Below, piece after piece: positions 25,346 through 49,975 of a DNA stretch of 64,000 nt; within the stretch, counting starts at the first letter, position 1; each line of letters opens with the position of its first letter. The translations under genes and the position numbers were made by a program. Below the pieces are notes generated by a model that worked only from the letters and a program-made list of their open reading frames with translations, had not been told where the DNA came from and did no database searches. The stretch is from Tubulanus polymorphus. Lineage: Eukaryota > Animalia > Nemertea. The stretch covers positions 8,413,122-8,477,121 of the forward strand of contig NC_134030.1 in the NCBI RefSeq assembly GCF_964204645.1, in the 5' to 3' direction.

Positions 25346-28300
25346 TACAGGTTTCCTGAATAATTGATTTATTTAAGAAAAAGCCCATAGATTCAGTTCT
25401 AATTTGAATGTAAAAGAAATCGAACGCGGAAGACCGAGTTACCACTAGCGAACCTGGTGGATCCTTGCCTTTCAAACGTAGTATCCTTGATTGCCTTGAT
25501 CGTAGCTCCCCATTGGTACGTTGTATTTCGGGCCTTTAGATCGATTCGATTTACAATGCACGTATGAATTGTTATTATTTCTGTTTCATTTGCGATGCTT
25601 TTAACGTTTCTACTTATAATGGAAATTACCATATAAAAAGTATTAGTTATCTCGATGCGGAATTACTGTCGAGAATCAACATCGCGAGTCAACATCGGGG
25701 ATTGAGCGAGCATCGACCGAATTATGAACACGGTCGCGGGATACGTAAAACGAGTTTTTGAACCTAAAAAAACTACAAAAAAGAAACAGTTTCACTTTCA
25801 GGCAGCTGCTGATCTGCGCCTATATGTATTCGATATAAGACGATCAAAAATTCATAATCAAATTTCTGAAAAATCCCTGTTATACACACATTAAGATACA
25901 GTAAAAACGGAAACGTTTATCGCTGGAAATTATCGACGACACTACGTCGACTTTTACGTTCACGATCGGTAATTACGGCAACGTAGCGGAAGCATTTAAT
26001 CGAGGAGACGAACGTTAGATTTAATTAACGCTGCCAGCATTTTCGCTCTCATAATTCAAAACGAATAGCGCTCCCGATATAAACTAAAAGCTGGTTGATT
26101 AAAGTTACGAGCAGGATTCGTGGGAACTCCTAAAACTTCAGGACGCCGGCACAACCGTATATTGCAATAGCAGTCTTGTGAAAAGGCGATATAAAACGTC
26201 AACGCTACCGTAAAGTCGCGGTGAAAAACCGAAGCGATAGATTTTAACTGAAGCTGTTATTGCCATGGTTTTATTGTGTATTACACCACGAAATAGTAGT
26301 ATAGCTGTGTAAATGTTTTTACGCGCAATGAGATTTTTATCGTGAGCAATCGACAAGTTCGCGTCAGATAAAGACGAAATGATATTTAAAGGTCTGGCTC
26401 CGAGTCAAAGGTTTCCATACGACTGGACATCAGAAATTCATAAACAGAGCTGTCTGATCGTTCATTTTATATCGCATTTGAAGTTTTAGAAATAGGAACA
26501 GAATCCTGTTATCCAAGGGCTGGTTTTATAGGCTTGTATTAACTTAAAACCGGAGGTTACCTCGATATATTTTCTGTTACAGTAATACCAGTCTATAAAA
26601 CTGGCCCCAGGATAACTACCTCAACTAAAAATGTTTTTCTCTTCATTTACCCCGATGTCTTCAGCTTTTAATGCTGGTATATTTCAACTCCCAGAACCAT
26701 TCAAACCATTATCAAAATATCTCAAACTGCAGATCCGTTCGATGAATACCCGCGATGCGCGCGCGTATATACTTATCAATAAACTGTATTCAAACGATCA
26801 CAGCCGGGTATGAAACCTACCCCACAATCATCGTTTGATAATGTCAGAGCTTTTTAGATGCAGAGAAATCGTTCGTCGATTCAGACTAGATGAAATGATT
26901 TCTTGATAGTAAGTATAGCTGCCGTGACGTGCAGTCTGCAATTCATCAAAACGTCATTTACAGAATACGTTACAAAGCAATGCTCACAGGGTGGCTTACG
27001 GTAACGTATAAAGTAACGTAAGTTTTTTTAAACGTTTCTTTTGAGATACGCTGGTGCATTATAAGGTTACCGAATGCGCGGTAGGAATTAAAGACAGAAT
27101 ATTATACAGGGAACCGAAGAGATTATGAAACAACGGTTAAATTCATCGCGAATTGCTGACACTGGCGAAAGCAGACTAACAGGATACGGCAAATTATGAT
27201 ATTGGTTAATTGTACGTGGATTTCTTTGGTGGCCTCCCACATCAGATTACCAAGAACGTCATCGGTTTCTTTATATCGATATTCATCTCAAAAGTGGGCA
27301 TTAATTCATACATAATCAATGCTTGACACCGAACCGGTAGTAAATTTGGTCTCGGAACTACTGTTAATATACGTTTGTACTTAATCTATCAGCGTGTGTA
27401 ACATAAGTATTACGAGGATGTAAAATAACGCGAGTAAATACGCGGTCTACTATCGGCTAGTGTTTCATCTAACCGCAGTTGATTTTCGTTTATTTGCAAT
27501 TTGCCGAATCTTCCGCACAACGTTCCTTCGTTTATTTACTCAAATATAACGCGAAAATTTGACATATCGCTTGGCGGAATGAATACGCGCAGGTTACGTA
27601 TGTTACCAGTCGTATTATTTCCAATGAATTAGACGTTTAATTCCGCTAAAATGCGACGCGGTTTCTGTCCACGTGGCTGGGTAAATAGCGCTTGCGTTCT
27701 ATCGCGTTGGCTTCCACAACTCGAAACGTTAATCAATGGCGCGAAATTCGCAAATGAAGTTCGACAGCCTATAAAATCTAATTCACATTCACTAGACGTT
27801 CGTCGTTTTTGTTCGCTTCGTTAGTCTCTGAGTCCATCGATGGATGTCTCCGAATTTGATTTCAAAACCTACGAACCGCGCGATGATGCATACCGACTAG
27901 GCGCTATTTCGACGCGGCGAATCAGCTCTTTCGAATGGCCCGTCGCCTCAAATAACCGTTCTCGATAAATCCATTCGTCACTTCAGGGATAAAAATCGAT
28001 CGAAATATCCAATTTTTTAACTTTTCCAGCAAAATGAATGCGCGAAGCCTGCATCGGATATCGCGTTCAATACGTAGCGAGAATATTTGATAAAATGATT
28101 ACTGTTGACAGTAAATGAATTTTTGAAATTAGATTTAGGACGGAAATTTAACCATCGAACGCACTGATCCGATATTTTGGTCAATTTGATACAATATGCA
28201 CATTTCTGACCGATAATGGGATTCGATTCGAAGCGGAGATGCGTGAACACCATCAGAGGCATCGATAGATTATAATATGCGGATTGCGCGTTATGCAAAC

Positions 28301-29744
28301 GGAATTTCAAATAGGTGTGTTATGCATATATATGATGTTATGATGTTAAACCATAGTTTGTATAAACTCGATAAACCCCCGACGGGATTCTAGATAGAGT
28401 GAATGCCAAGCTGAGTCTTACTGCTTCGCGATCATGTAACAAACTGGCCGCGATGAAAAGAGAGGATTAAAGCGTGCGGCGGAGAAAGAAATATTCAATC
28501 ATATAGATAGACATATTGATATTTTGACGGAATATCAATTAACTGGGAGGTCGTCGTATACGGAATCTACGACACTGGTAGACAAAAATAAGGCGAATTA
28601 ACGATTTTTCGATTCGTTCAATGTCGATTTAATGCGCTCGTCTCGTGGATTTCGCAGTAGGGTACGCGGTTTGATAATGGGAACTATGTAAAGATGTCCT
28701 TGTTGGGCTTCAATGCGTCATCGCTATCAATCATGAAATTCTCTGTAGAGAATCCCCGTGTTCAATTCATTTCACATTCATTGTCTATTTCTATTGAAAA
28801 TCAATACGTGGACTTTATTTAGAAAGACAACAGCTGTACCAACCACGAATAAACTACAGCACAGGAAATAGCATTTTTTTCCAACGCTTCAATATTTGTA
28901 AAACTAAATGGAATGAAAACGAACTTCCACATCGTTTATGTATAGTCACCAAGTCGACGACTTTTCATCGAACTCTGATGTAAATTCTGATCTGGAATCA
29001 TAATCATTCGTAATATTATCAATAATATTGAAATATTGTAATATTATCACCATATAATCATCAATTCATAGTTAATGTGGATTCATCTGTAGAGTCTGCG
29101 CATTACTTCAACCTACGGCACTCGATTCATAATGTTAGTCACACTCAGCCGTGGAGAATAGATGATAAATTCAAAACCTTATTCAGTTCAAACAACCAAA
29201 AATTATGATAAATTCACTACCCAATATCTACAAAATTTAAAAGATTATAATCAATTTTTTTCGATCAAGAATTAAGATCACAATACACGACGTAAAATTC
29301 GATTTTCATCTTTTTAGATTTTGTTGATAGTGGGTTTTAAACTTATTACAATGTCTGGTTGATGAATTGAATTGTTCATTTCATCAACCCTTGATATCAC
29401 CCAGTGCTTCTTGGTCGGGGTGAACTTCTAGTAAATACGTATATCCATCGGTTATATATATATTACGTTCGTCAACGTTAATCAGTATCGACGTGACAAT
29501 GGCGAGTATTAGTTGTCTAGACCGTGTAAACGGGCACGATCAGTTCACAAATATCGGGTCTTCTCCCCGCCATCAACCGCCATGATATTGACGTTCGGCG
29601 ATCATTAGTAAATGGACGGTCATGTTCTACTACGCTGAAAGAGAGGTGATTAATCACGAAGAGCGAGAGCAAATATCTGTTTACACTCTTGCGCCAATTT
29701 TGTCGACTGTAAATGCAACGCATCTGCGCGCAGGATCTATATGG

Positions 29745-30142
29745 TACGCGAGCTACCGGTATATACGTATGTGATATTCAAATTACGTGTTAATATGTAA
29801 ACTTTATCTAAAAACCGAGTACCCATCAATACATAAATTCATCAATTTACTTTCAGTGAACTCGGATGATCTTTGTGATCTGCGTGCTGGCCACAAATGC
29901 ACACAGATCACACTACACTACCCATTCAACACCCGACTACCCACAGCTTTGATATAACCTTGTAGTAATCATTTGAATGATTACTCCAAGATATAACCAT
30001 CCCTCCCTGAATCTATATAGTACGCGAGTTTCCGGTATACACGTGATATTCAAATTACATGTGTTAATATGTAAACTTTATTTAAACCGAGTACGGTGCC
30101 CATCAATACATAAATTCATCAATTTACTTTCAGTGAACCCGG
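29745..30142. repeat. About 120-bp direct repeat (29745-29866 and 30021-30142)
   Basis: tacgcgag..ccggtata..gtgatattcaaattac..gtgttaatatgtaaacttta..ccgagtac..cccatcaatacataaattcatcaatttactttcagtgaac.cgg occurs twice. Confidence 0.85.
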
Positions 30143-32754
30143 GGAGCTATACAAGAAACGTGTTGCAACCGTTCTAACTAGAACATTTGCGCACCGGAAG
30201 TTGCTCCTCGATGGTCCATCGAATATTAGTAAAGTATTAGTACTAGAATAGAATTCAAATTATCATACGATATATGCAAATTATTCCGTAAACGCCATAT
30301 TAGTATAAGTGTTTAATTATCATTTCGTTATGTCATAAATGTCGCGTAAGACTTTGTATATTTATCTGCACAATCGGTTTCTTCACAGAGTAGTCACAGA
30401 GATACAGTGTTTTAAGAGATACAATCGCGTGATCAGCAAAATCTTACAGGGGCTAATATTGGGATAATAATGTCTTTCTCATTGCATAAAATGAACCGAC
30501 TAATATCTATTAAATTTAGTGACATCGAGTGCAATCAGTTTGTAATAGAAACGGATATCCGGTCTTCAAAAATAATCGTGGTTGTTTATTTTCCCATGTG
30601 GAGTAAATTGGTTCTCATAGGAATCGTCATATCTATATAATCAATAAGATTCTTTTCCCGATTGAGTCATTTGACAAGAAAATCAATATCTGTATGATCT
30701 TAGAAAATCACTGGAAATGAATTGATTTGTATGGTGGTTCATTCGGGCCACTGCAAAAACTTTCGCTGTGCAATTAACTATAACTGTAAATTTGCACCAA
30801 AATCTAATAGTTTTCAATTTTGGTATTTTAACGCCTTTATCAGCGTACCGAAAAACTTTTACGGCGGTCCGAATCAGCCGCCGTAGATTCGAGGTAAGGG
30901 GATAGATCGCGAGATTTTGGAAAAACTTGTCACGTCGTTTCACCTAAATGTCTGTGAGGGCTTTTTTCAGACTTAATGGATATCTCGGGAAAATCGAAGA
31001 CTTTGAAGTTTGTCATCAAAGTATATACTTCCCCACGATGAAATCTAAACGCCCACACGACACTGTAACTCGGGATTTCGTATTCTGTTTCCCAGACTCG
31101 CTATAACGACACCAGAGCTTGCGATAGTGTTTTAATCTGCAGTTCTGTCTTTCAGCTACAGCCGAAGCAAACGTCCCTCGACAGTAGCGGCACGTAATCT
31201 TAATAAGGATCTATGATGGTTTCATCGCTCGCAAACATCCCCTTCGGTAATCCGTATAACCCACGATTTGCCGAATTCTTCTATCGTGGGATAAACTTGC
31301 AATCGTCCAAATTGGTGACATGGTAATGCGCACATACATAACCAACGACCAGCGAATGTAATTCTCGTGCGCAATATTAGTAATAAAGAGAATTGATTGA
31401 ATTGCGCGCGAGTCATCTCGCCAGTTGATCGCGCGCGCATTCCTAAACATTAGCTGGTGTATTACGATAGATAGACCCAAAAGTCAATTTGTGTCTTCAG
31501 CAGTGGATCTAGCCGTGATCGATGTACATTTAGATTTGAGAGTGATGTTTGGTGTGTGTACGTGCGGCGGTGTAGGCTGTTTAACAAGACGATTTCAGAG
31601 ATTACGGTCACACGATATCAGTTTTTGAAATCAATTTTAAGACTCCGATTGGAACTTGAACCTGCCGCAACCACTTCTTTCCTGAGAGAAATGTCATCGC
31701 ATTGAAAGCAGCGCTGTAGCCGCGTGAACTTTGAAGGCCAGACGAGGACGACCTACGCGCAATGGAAAAAAATATGAATGTCGGCGCGGTGCATCAAGTA
31801 ACTTAAATGTCAACGCGGCAATAGACACCGGATATAACTTAGGAAGAAAGGATCGTTTGAAAATTCTATTCTTACTGGTTCGTTGTCGATGTACTTTCTT
31901 CTATAACTTAACGGTAAGTCGATTGAGTCACGTGTGAATTTGCGTCTCACGTCTGATTGGCTGGGCTCTAATTATCGTTGGGTCGAAATGGACATGCGCG
32001 CGCGGCGTATGAAAACATTTTATCAGTCGAGAATATTGTATTCATCACTCACTTCTATCTACCGGGTATTCCTCGGCAAACACGACGTAATTCACGCTTT
32101 TAGTGCAGTTGAATATAAAGAAAAAAAATCTGAAAGCGGACTGCCACTACAGCAGCGTTTCACATTGTAGAATAGAACTCTAATAGAAATCCGATAACTC
32201 ATAAGAGATGATCTCGACGATTGCACAGTTTATAGTTAAACGCGTTGGCGACGACGGCACTGTATATTACTGGAATTGTGATAGAGCATTCTAAGAATCG
32301 TTTGTCGGGACACGAGTTACAATAACTGCGATCGATTGGTTTATAATAATACAGTTATGGGCGAACATGCGTTCTATCTATAGTTGTTGTGATATATATG
32401 ATATATGTAACATCGTGTGGTTTAGATACTAAAATCTTGGATAGCACGTATCTCATGTATAACTAGCGACGTTTTGAATTACTTTCGAAATGATTCTCAT
32501 GATTAATTATTGCTGCATGCGCGAAGTGAACACGACGAAACCGATGTTCTACAATACAAGGCAACAGGCTATAATTGATACATTTCGCGGGTCTCCATCT
32601 CGATTGAATACTTTAATCAAAGAAACGATTATTGTTGAAATTGTGATGGATTCGGCAAATAAGGGTTCTTTACGGAAACCCGTCGGTGACATGCGTAGAT
32701 AGGTTTTTCATGACATTCATTTTCACGGTGACATACGAGATGATTTTTTCACTT

Positions 32755-32932
32755 TATGTCGATATTGGAGTTAATATGTCGTAATTCTAGTTATTATGTA
32801 AAAATTCGAGTTTTCATGTCAAAATTCGACATTTTAACTCGAATGTCGACATAACATCTTCAATCTTGACATATTAACTCGAATTTTGACGTAATAACTC
32901 GAATTTTCACATAATAACTCGAATTACGGCAT
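32755..32932. repeat. About 21-bp minisatellite (ataactcgaattttgacgta-like), with inverted copies on the left
   Basis: About 5 tandem units at 32830-32932, preceded by reverse-complement units (tatgtaaaaattcgagtt, tatgtcgatattggagtt). Confidence 0.7.
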
Positions 32933-33779
32933 AAAGAAAACAAATTATCTCTTATGTAAGCAATTAAATGTATAAATGTCGCGAAAAACCTATCTACGTA
33001 TGTCTTCAAGGGGCTCTGGTGCTATGAGCTGATTTCACTAGAATGCCAGTCGCGTGACGTTCATTCAGGAATTTTTTTCAAACTTTTGAATCCACCGCGC
33101 GGTAATGAAAGATTGAACCAGGCAAAGCTAGACACTTGGTCCTTCTACGTTGAAAAAACGGGGCAATATTCCGAACATTCGTGGGGCTATATATAAGCAA
33201 ATGGCTTTTCTATCGGTTGCAAATCATTCGCAATACATGTATATCTATATATCTGACAGCGGCAGGTACGAGGCGACTGCAATTTCCGTCAATCAGGACT
33301 CGTGTTCAGCCACCGAAGCTGAAGCTCACAAAGCCGCAATACAGACAACTCTGACGCTTCCGAAACGCTTCGACTGATTGAAAAATTCAACAGCAAAATT
33401 TTTTTAAAGATAGACTGGATTAAAAACATATCTCGTATATATTTCTAATTTTTCTATCTTTGTAGGGACGTCGGTGGTGTAAACGCCACAGGGTTACCAA
33501 CATTCTGCGGGTGGTATGAACAATTTTCCGAAAAAGACAAACGATCAATAATAAACGAGGATATGTTGTCGCCGTGTACAAAAGGAATAGCTGCTGTTCG
33601 CGACTTGTTAGCTAGAATAACGGCGGCTTTGAGTTTAGAAACGTAAATTATCTTTTCGAAGAAATGAGCTCGTTATGATAGGAATATTTCTCTAGTCGAT
33701 CAAAATATAGGAAAATATCAAGAGTGAATTAACGCAATAACGCTAAAAACACTATCTGTACTGATGATATTTGGTGAAC

Positions 33780-44664
<10,885 letters not shown>

Positions 44665-47600
44665 ACGGTCGGCGAATATTTTGACGGACTGGTTTCAAGA
44701 TAAAAGATTCTAATAACGAAGACGGGTTCAATCGATCAGATTTTGCAATCTTCGCCTACGGGTAACACGTGCATAATATAAAGTTTGGCAATAACTATGG
44801 CATTCTGTATTACGTTTTGTAATCCTTCATTTAAACGGTGTTCTTAGAAAGGCACAACAACATATCACGGAAATTCAACTGACATATTTAATCGACCTAT
44901 GAAGAAGAAAGTATTCGGATAGAACTACATATATACAATACGATAAATAGCAATTATTGGATCATCGTTTATAGTATCTTAAAGCTTATAGAGTCGTACC
45001 GCCGCGCGCTCGTGGATCCATAACACATGCCAATAAAATAGCGTACATAGTTTTTACTTCCACTCGAAGCTTCTTCGAACATATGTGCGATTTCCATGTT
45101 GAAAGAGATTTTTTTACGTCGAGGCTTTTTCAATACACCTCGAACACTTGCCGATGTCTTTCAAGATTCGAGTGGTTGTGAAGGGGAGCAGTGGTGCACA
45201 AAAAGATATTGGAAAGGATAACACACGTACGTATATACACGAACGATGAACATATCGAAACGTGAATATCAGTTTGTGATAAATTTGAATAATATTATTG
45301 ATGTATATTGCTTAGTATATGTGTATCAAGTGTTACTTTGTACGGATTCTCTATTGATTCATATCAACTTCCGCGGAGACGATATTATAAATACGAGCCG
45401 GAGTATAGAGATCTCTTACGTAAGAAATTCAATACTACGAAATAGCGTTTTTCTAACCGGGTCCCATCGACGATTTTTACACGGTTTAAAGAGACGCTTT
45501 ATTGGATTTCTGTATAGAGACACGACGAACGTGTCTCATCGTCTCATTCATCGCGGTAGAATTTACAGACCGTCCTCGAGTCAACTCGGGTTAAATTAGA
45601 AATACAGGGCTTGATGGGATTTCCGCAACGCAATTATTCAAGCCAATCATTCAAATAAGCAGGAAGACGCTGTCGGTATTCGCCCAGAAACTACGCGTAT
45701 TAAGGAGTTGCCACTGAAAGGAGGGTAATTAGATTTTTGTCCGTAAAACAGGAAACACACAGTTTACTAATTGTTTCATCTCGTTTTGGCACCGCAGAAA
45801 TCTAATTTGAATCGGGTATAAATCCTCACGAAATTGTTTGAGTTTTACAACATGAACCGTATGAAAAAGATTACGGTCCGGAGGGTGATTCTATAAGGGA
45901 TTTTAACTAACGAACTGTCGCAAGACCGAGCAGTCAGACAGCTTAGATCGGCCACGATTTGGTTCAATCATGGTCTGATACGTATATGGTATTTACATTC
46001 CGTCGTCACTGATTAGAATATTTACGTTTGGTTCGTCGTGGTGAGGTGGTGCACGCACGGTCGTTTCCGAATACAGTAGTCTTCGTTAAAAAGAAAATCA
46101 CCTTTTTACCGAGAGATCGCGTAGATACCACGTCATCTTTTACCATCGTACATTGATACATACAAAATATTGCAATGCAAATGTACGAAAAAGTATTATC
46201 ATATCGACGAAGATTACATGCAGATATACTAGTGTTTAAGTTAGAGACTGGTGGATGAATAAAGCTTTCCCTTAGCTGCTTTGTTGTTTATATCAAAAAT
46301 CACACAGTAGGTTCTTTTGCTCAACACACGACGACGTCACGAACATATTGTAGATTTTGTGTGACTATCGTGTGTACGATCTAAAACCAGATGTATCATA
46401 TTGTCTACCAGCAGTTAAAACATATCGAGGTGTACCAGTTGTAAATTACTGATGTCACGTAGATGTAGATGAAATTGAATCGGATGTAACATTTTTGCTA
46501 ATATGATTATGATAGACTTTTTTGTACATGTATGATATACGATTCTAGTTGCAAAATTGTACACTGTATATGTATATGAAAGATGAAGTAATGGTAATTA
46601 TATGTAACGAATAGTTGTTATTTCATTTTAATAGTTTACAAGTGATACTTCAATAAATGCATTTCTACGTATATTCGAGTCTTATTGGATCTGATCATTT
46701 TCTGTCGTGTCCTACAGTCGTCCGTATCCCAACCTTCAGAGTATCCGAATTTATGTTCTGCCGAAACATCTTCACCTTACGTTTATTGGATAGATCCTTT
46801 TTTATTTACCCCGTAGTAAACTAGACCAAATTTCTCTTAATGTCTATCTAAATGGAATAATTGCGGTGCATCTTTGTTTGCTGACTAAAATGTGTTGAAT
46901 GGTCGTCATACGTCAAAGATCTTTCAAAGTTGGCCTATTCATTGGGTGACTTGTATATAGTATTAAGCATAGGCTTGCCAAGAGGAGGGGTAGAGATTAG
47001 GGGTACAAACGCTCCTTTGTTTTTTTTAAACAGATTTTTAAGATTTTTAATACACAGATTACCTACTCTACTTCATACTCCGTGCACCAAGACTCTAGCC
47101 CCAGCATTTAGCTTCATTTTGCATTGAAAACGTACGTAAGGACAGAGTGCAGAAGAACCTTATGGAGATGGCCCTTTGAAAGAGAAGAGAAATTCGATCC
47201 CCTTGAAGATGCTAGGGATGTCGACGATAAGCTTATAGTTTTATGCAGAGTCTCGACCCCCAATGGCAATTCTGGCTACAGAAAAGACATTTTCAGAAAG
47301 GTTGTTGAACGAATTCATATATTAGGGGACTATGTATTTTTCTATGTGGTCCGAATCCGCCATAACGGTATCCCCCATAGAAACTAGAACCGGGGAAGTA
47401 GAAATTAAGACGTTTTTACAATTGAGTTTGTCAGGAATATTCCGTGCAGATGACATGTCGAGAATTTATTCCATACAACTTCAGTGACACGCAGGGAAAA
47501 TAAAACAAAAAGGTAGTTTTTGGTGGTAAGATATATTTATTTCACGAAGACGTACAATTAAACTGTGTCTGGATTGAAAACTTAATTCATTGTAAATAGC

Positions 47601-48210
47601 ATGACCGAACGTGAATTTGGTTTCATCATTGATATTTTTTGAACGTGTACCAGATATTGCCATTTCTAGCGTTACCAATCCTGAGTCCGAAATCGGAACT
47701 CAATAGAGTGAGGTTCTTTTTAAAAGATTAATACACAATAATCGAACGAAACTGAAGAAGATTTATGATAAATTACCTGCGGATGCCGAGTTTCAGAATA
47801 TCATAATACAACAAGTCATATTTATATAGATATCGTGCAGCTATGTACATTTTTCGTGTAACCGACGCCATATTGACTGTCGGTACAACGGGGGATTTAC
47901 ATGAGCCATGAGAGATCCCCCCCGAAATGACCATATTATCATATTTTCTAATTAATGACAAGTCTCCAACACTGATCGACAAATAAATCTGACCTCACGG
48001 CACGACATCTACGTATCTGACGTTATTGGTGAACAATAAAAGGAATCGTCTGTTATTTCTTAGAATTTTCATTTTCAAAACAATTTGAATGTTTTTCAGT
48101 AGTGGTACATTGCAGCCAGTTACATTTATGATCCTCGTGGATTTCGACCGAGATAATTTCCTAAGAGGAATGTATTGCGACAGGCGTTGCCGTTGTCGGG
48201 TATAGCGTAG

Positions 48211-49975
48211 TTATGGAACCGGTAAGCGTCTGTTTTGCGGATGGTTTTCGTCCACTTCGACGCTCTCAGTTCGTTTAGAAAAAACTAGTCGTCGAACAAA
48301 CTCGTCGGCATCGTATTTACGATCTACTCCGCGTTTTATGAACGTGATTTCGCACGCGCGCATGCAATCGTTGTGAGCGCTAATCGTCGTCTCTATTTGC
48401 GACTTCAGTGGCGCCAAATCCGGAAATACGGCCGACGCGTAAAGCAACACTTGCAAAAACTGATCGAATGTGTCTGAAATATGAACGGAAATAGAAGAAG
48501 TTTAAACGACTTATTTCATCGATGCCGTAAAAAGCAAATAAGCGAATTATACATAAAAGCTCGTGTAGTACTTCAGATTTAGTTTTTAAGAAACAAGATT
48601 TATCTATTCAGAAACTTTTCAAAAGACTTTGCAGCATAACCCCGGGTCCATGAGCTATTACATGGTTCTGTTTTTGTGCACTACGTCTGAGCTCGTGTAG
48701 TGCGTCAGATTTAGTTGAAAAAAACAAGATATATTTAGTAACTTTTCAAAAGACTTTGCAGCATAACGGGCCCATGAGAAATTATAGAGTTTTGTTTTTA
48801 TGCTCTACCTCTAATCTGTACCCCTCAATATTCCCCAAATCCCGTGGGAGGAAATATCAGGACACATCATTCCCCGGTCGATGTGCGAGGAGATATCAAG
48901 ACTTTCTTCTTCGTGATATATGATAAACATTTTGGGGATGGGACAATATTGTATAGTTTTTTTCGAGACAGATATTCACATACGCCAGTCGTCAGACAAG
49001 CGGCGAAGCCTACATTAGGATGTGTTAACATAAAGGCGTACATAAACATATGACGTTTTAAGATATTAAATATACTTCACGTTTAGTTGGTTCAACTGTG
49101 GAGAGCTGCGAGAAAAACCTCTCCGGTTCGACTCTTACAAAAAGCCGGTTTCAATTCACATTCGCCATATAATAAGGATGGACGAGATGAAAGGAATTTC
49201 TCTCAACGCATTTTATAGATTAATTTTGCAAAACCTTGAAAGGCATCGAATCATTCACGACATTGGTGATGAATAGGGTATTTTGTACTTAACGTATCAT
49301 GTTAGTAGGAAAGATCAAACTAGCCTACCGATAAGATTCGGTATATCTTCTAACAGCATGGCAAAAGGTTGTATTGTCATTCGGTCCTATTAGATTAGAC
49401 TACTCTCAACTCAATTATGATATGTTCTTATTCATCATTTCCAAAATAGCCAATCTGTACTTCTTCAATCATATCACCGTATCTGTACATATGAACATAC
49501 CATACTATGGTGGTTCATTCGGGCTACCGTGGACATTTTGCGGTATGCAAATGAGGCAAACGGAGTTTTGGCTTCTTGGTGCACACCAAAACAAACTACT
49601 TTTCAACCACGGTAAAATTATTTTTCTATTTGGTACGTTGGCGAAATAGGTGCTAAAGAACGTCGCCAAAACGAAAATGATATCCATTTCGGTGGGCCAG
49701 AATGGGATATTTGTGCATCGGCGTGGGCAGTAAAATGAAAATGACCACGCCAAAAATCTAATTTTTTTTTTGTGGTCAAAATTATGTAGACCAGAATCAG
49801 CTACCCTACCTGCTTGTATTTGGTTTTGATTTTGCCAGAAGTGTTTCAGTTCTCTGATGTCGTTAGTTTCGCATTGTTCGACGCAGACGGTCTCCGTGAA
49901 TGTGACTTTGACGCATAGCGTAATAACCGAAGCCAAAATGATAACAGGAAGTGAGCATCTTTCCCCGGAACTCAT
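48211..49975 (-). CDS. Secreted Cys-containing peptide precursor (neuropeptide/hormone- or toxin-like), 142 aa; exons 49975-49810 and 48473-48211
   Basis: Acceptor just before the ATG; signal peptide LPVIILASVITLCVKVTFT; phase-1 splice QA|DTFDQF joins both exons in frame; CVEQC...CMRAC; C-terminal KR, RK, RR, KR, RR sites. Confidence 0.75.
48558..48810. repeat. About 130-bp tandem duplication in the intron
   Basis: agctcgtgtagt..tcagatttagtt..aaacaagat..aacttttcaaaagactttgcagcataac..ccatgag occurs twice. Confidence 0.85.

Noticed and set aside
32755-32932. CRISPR-like periodic repeat
   Set aside because: Units are contiguous and degenerate, with no unique spacers and no cas genes; eukaryotic context.
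16700-33400. Many 60-100 aa ORFs in the long intergenic region
   Set aside because: No domain motifs, many non-ATG starts and no consistent exon chain; only the LINE RT remnant is recognisable.
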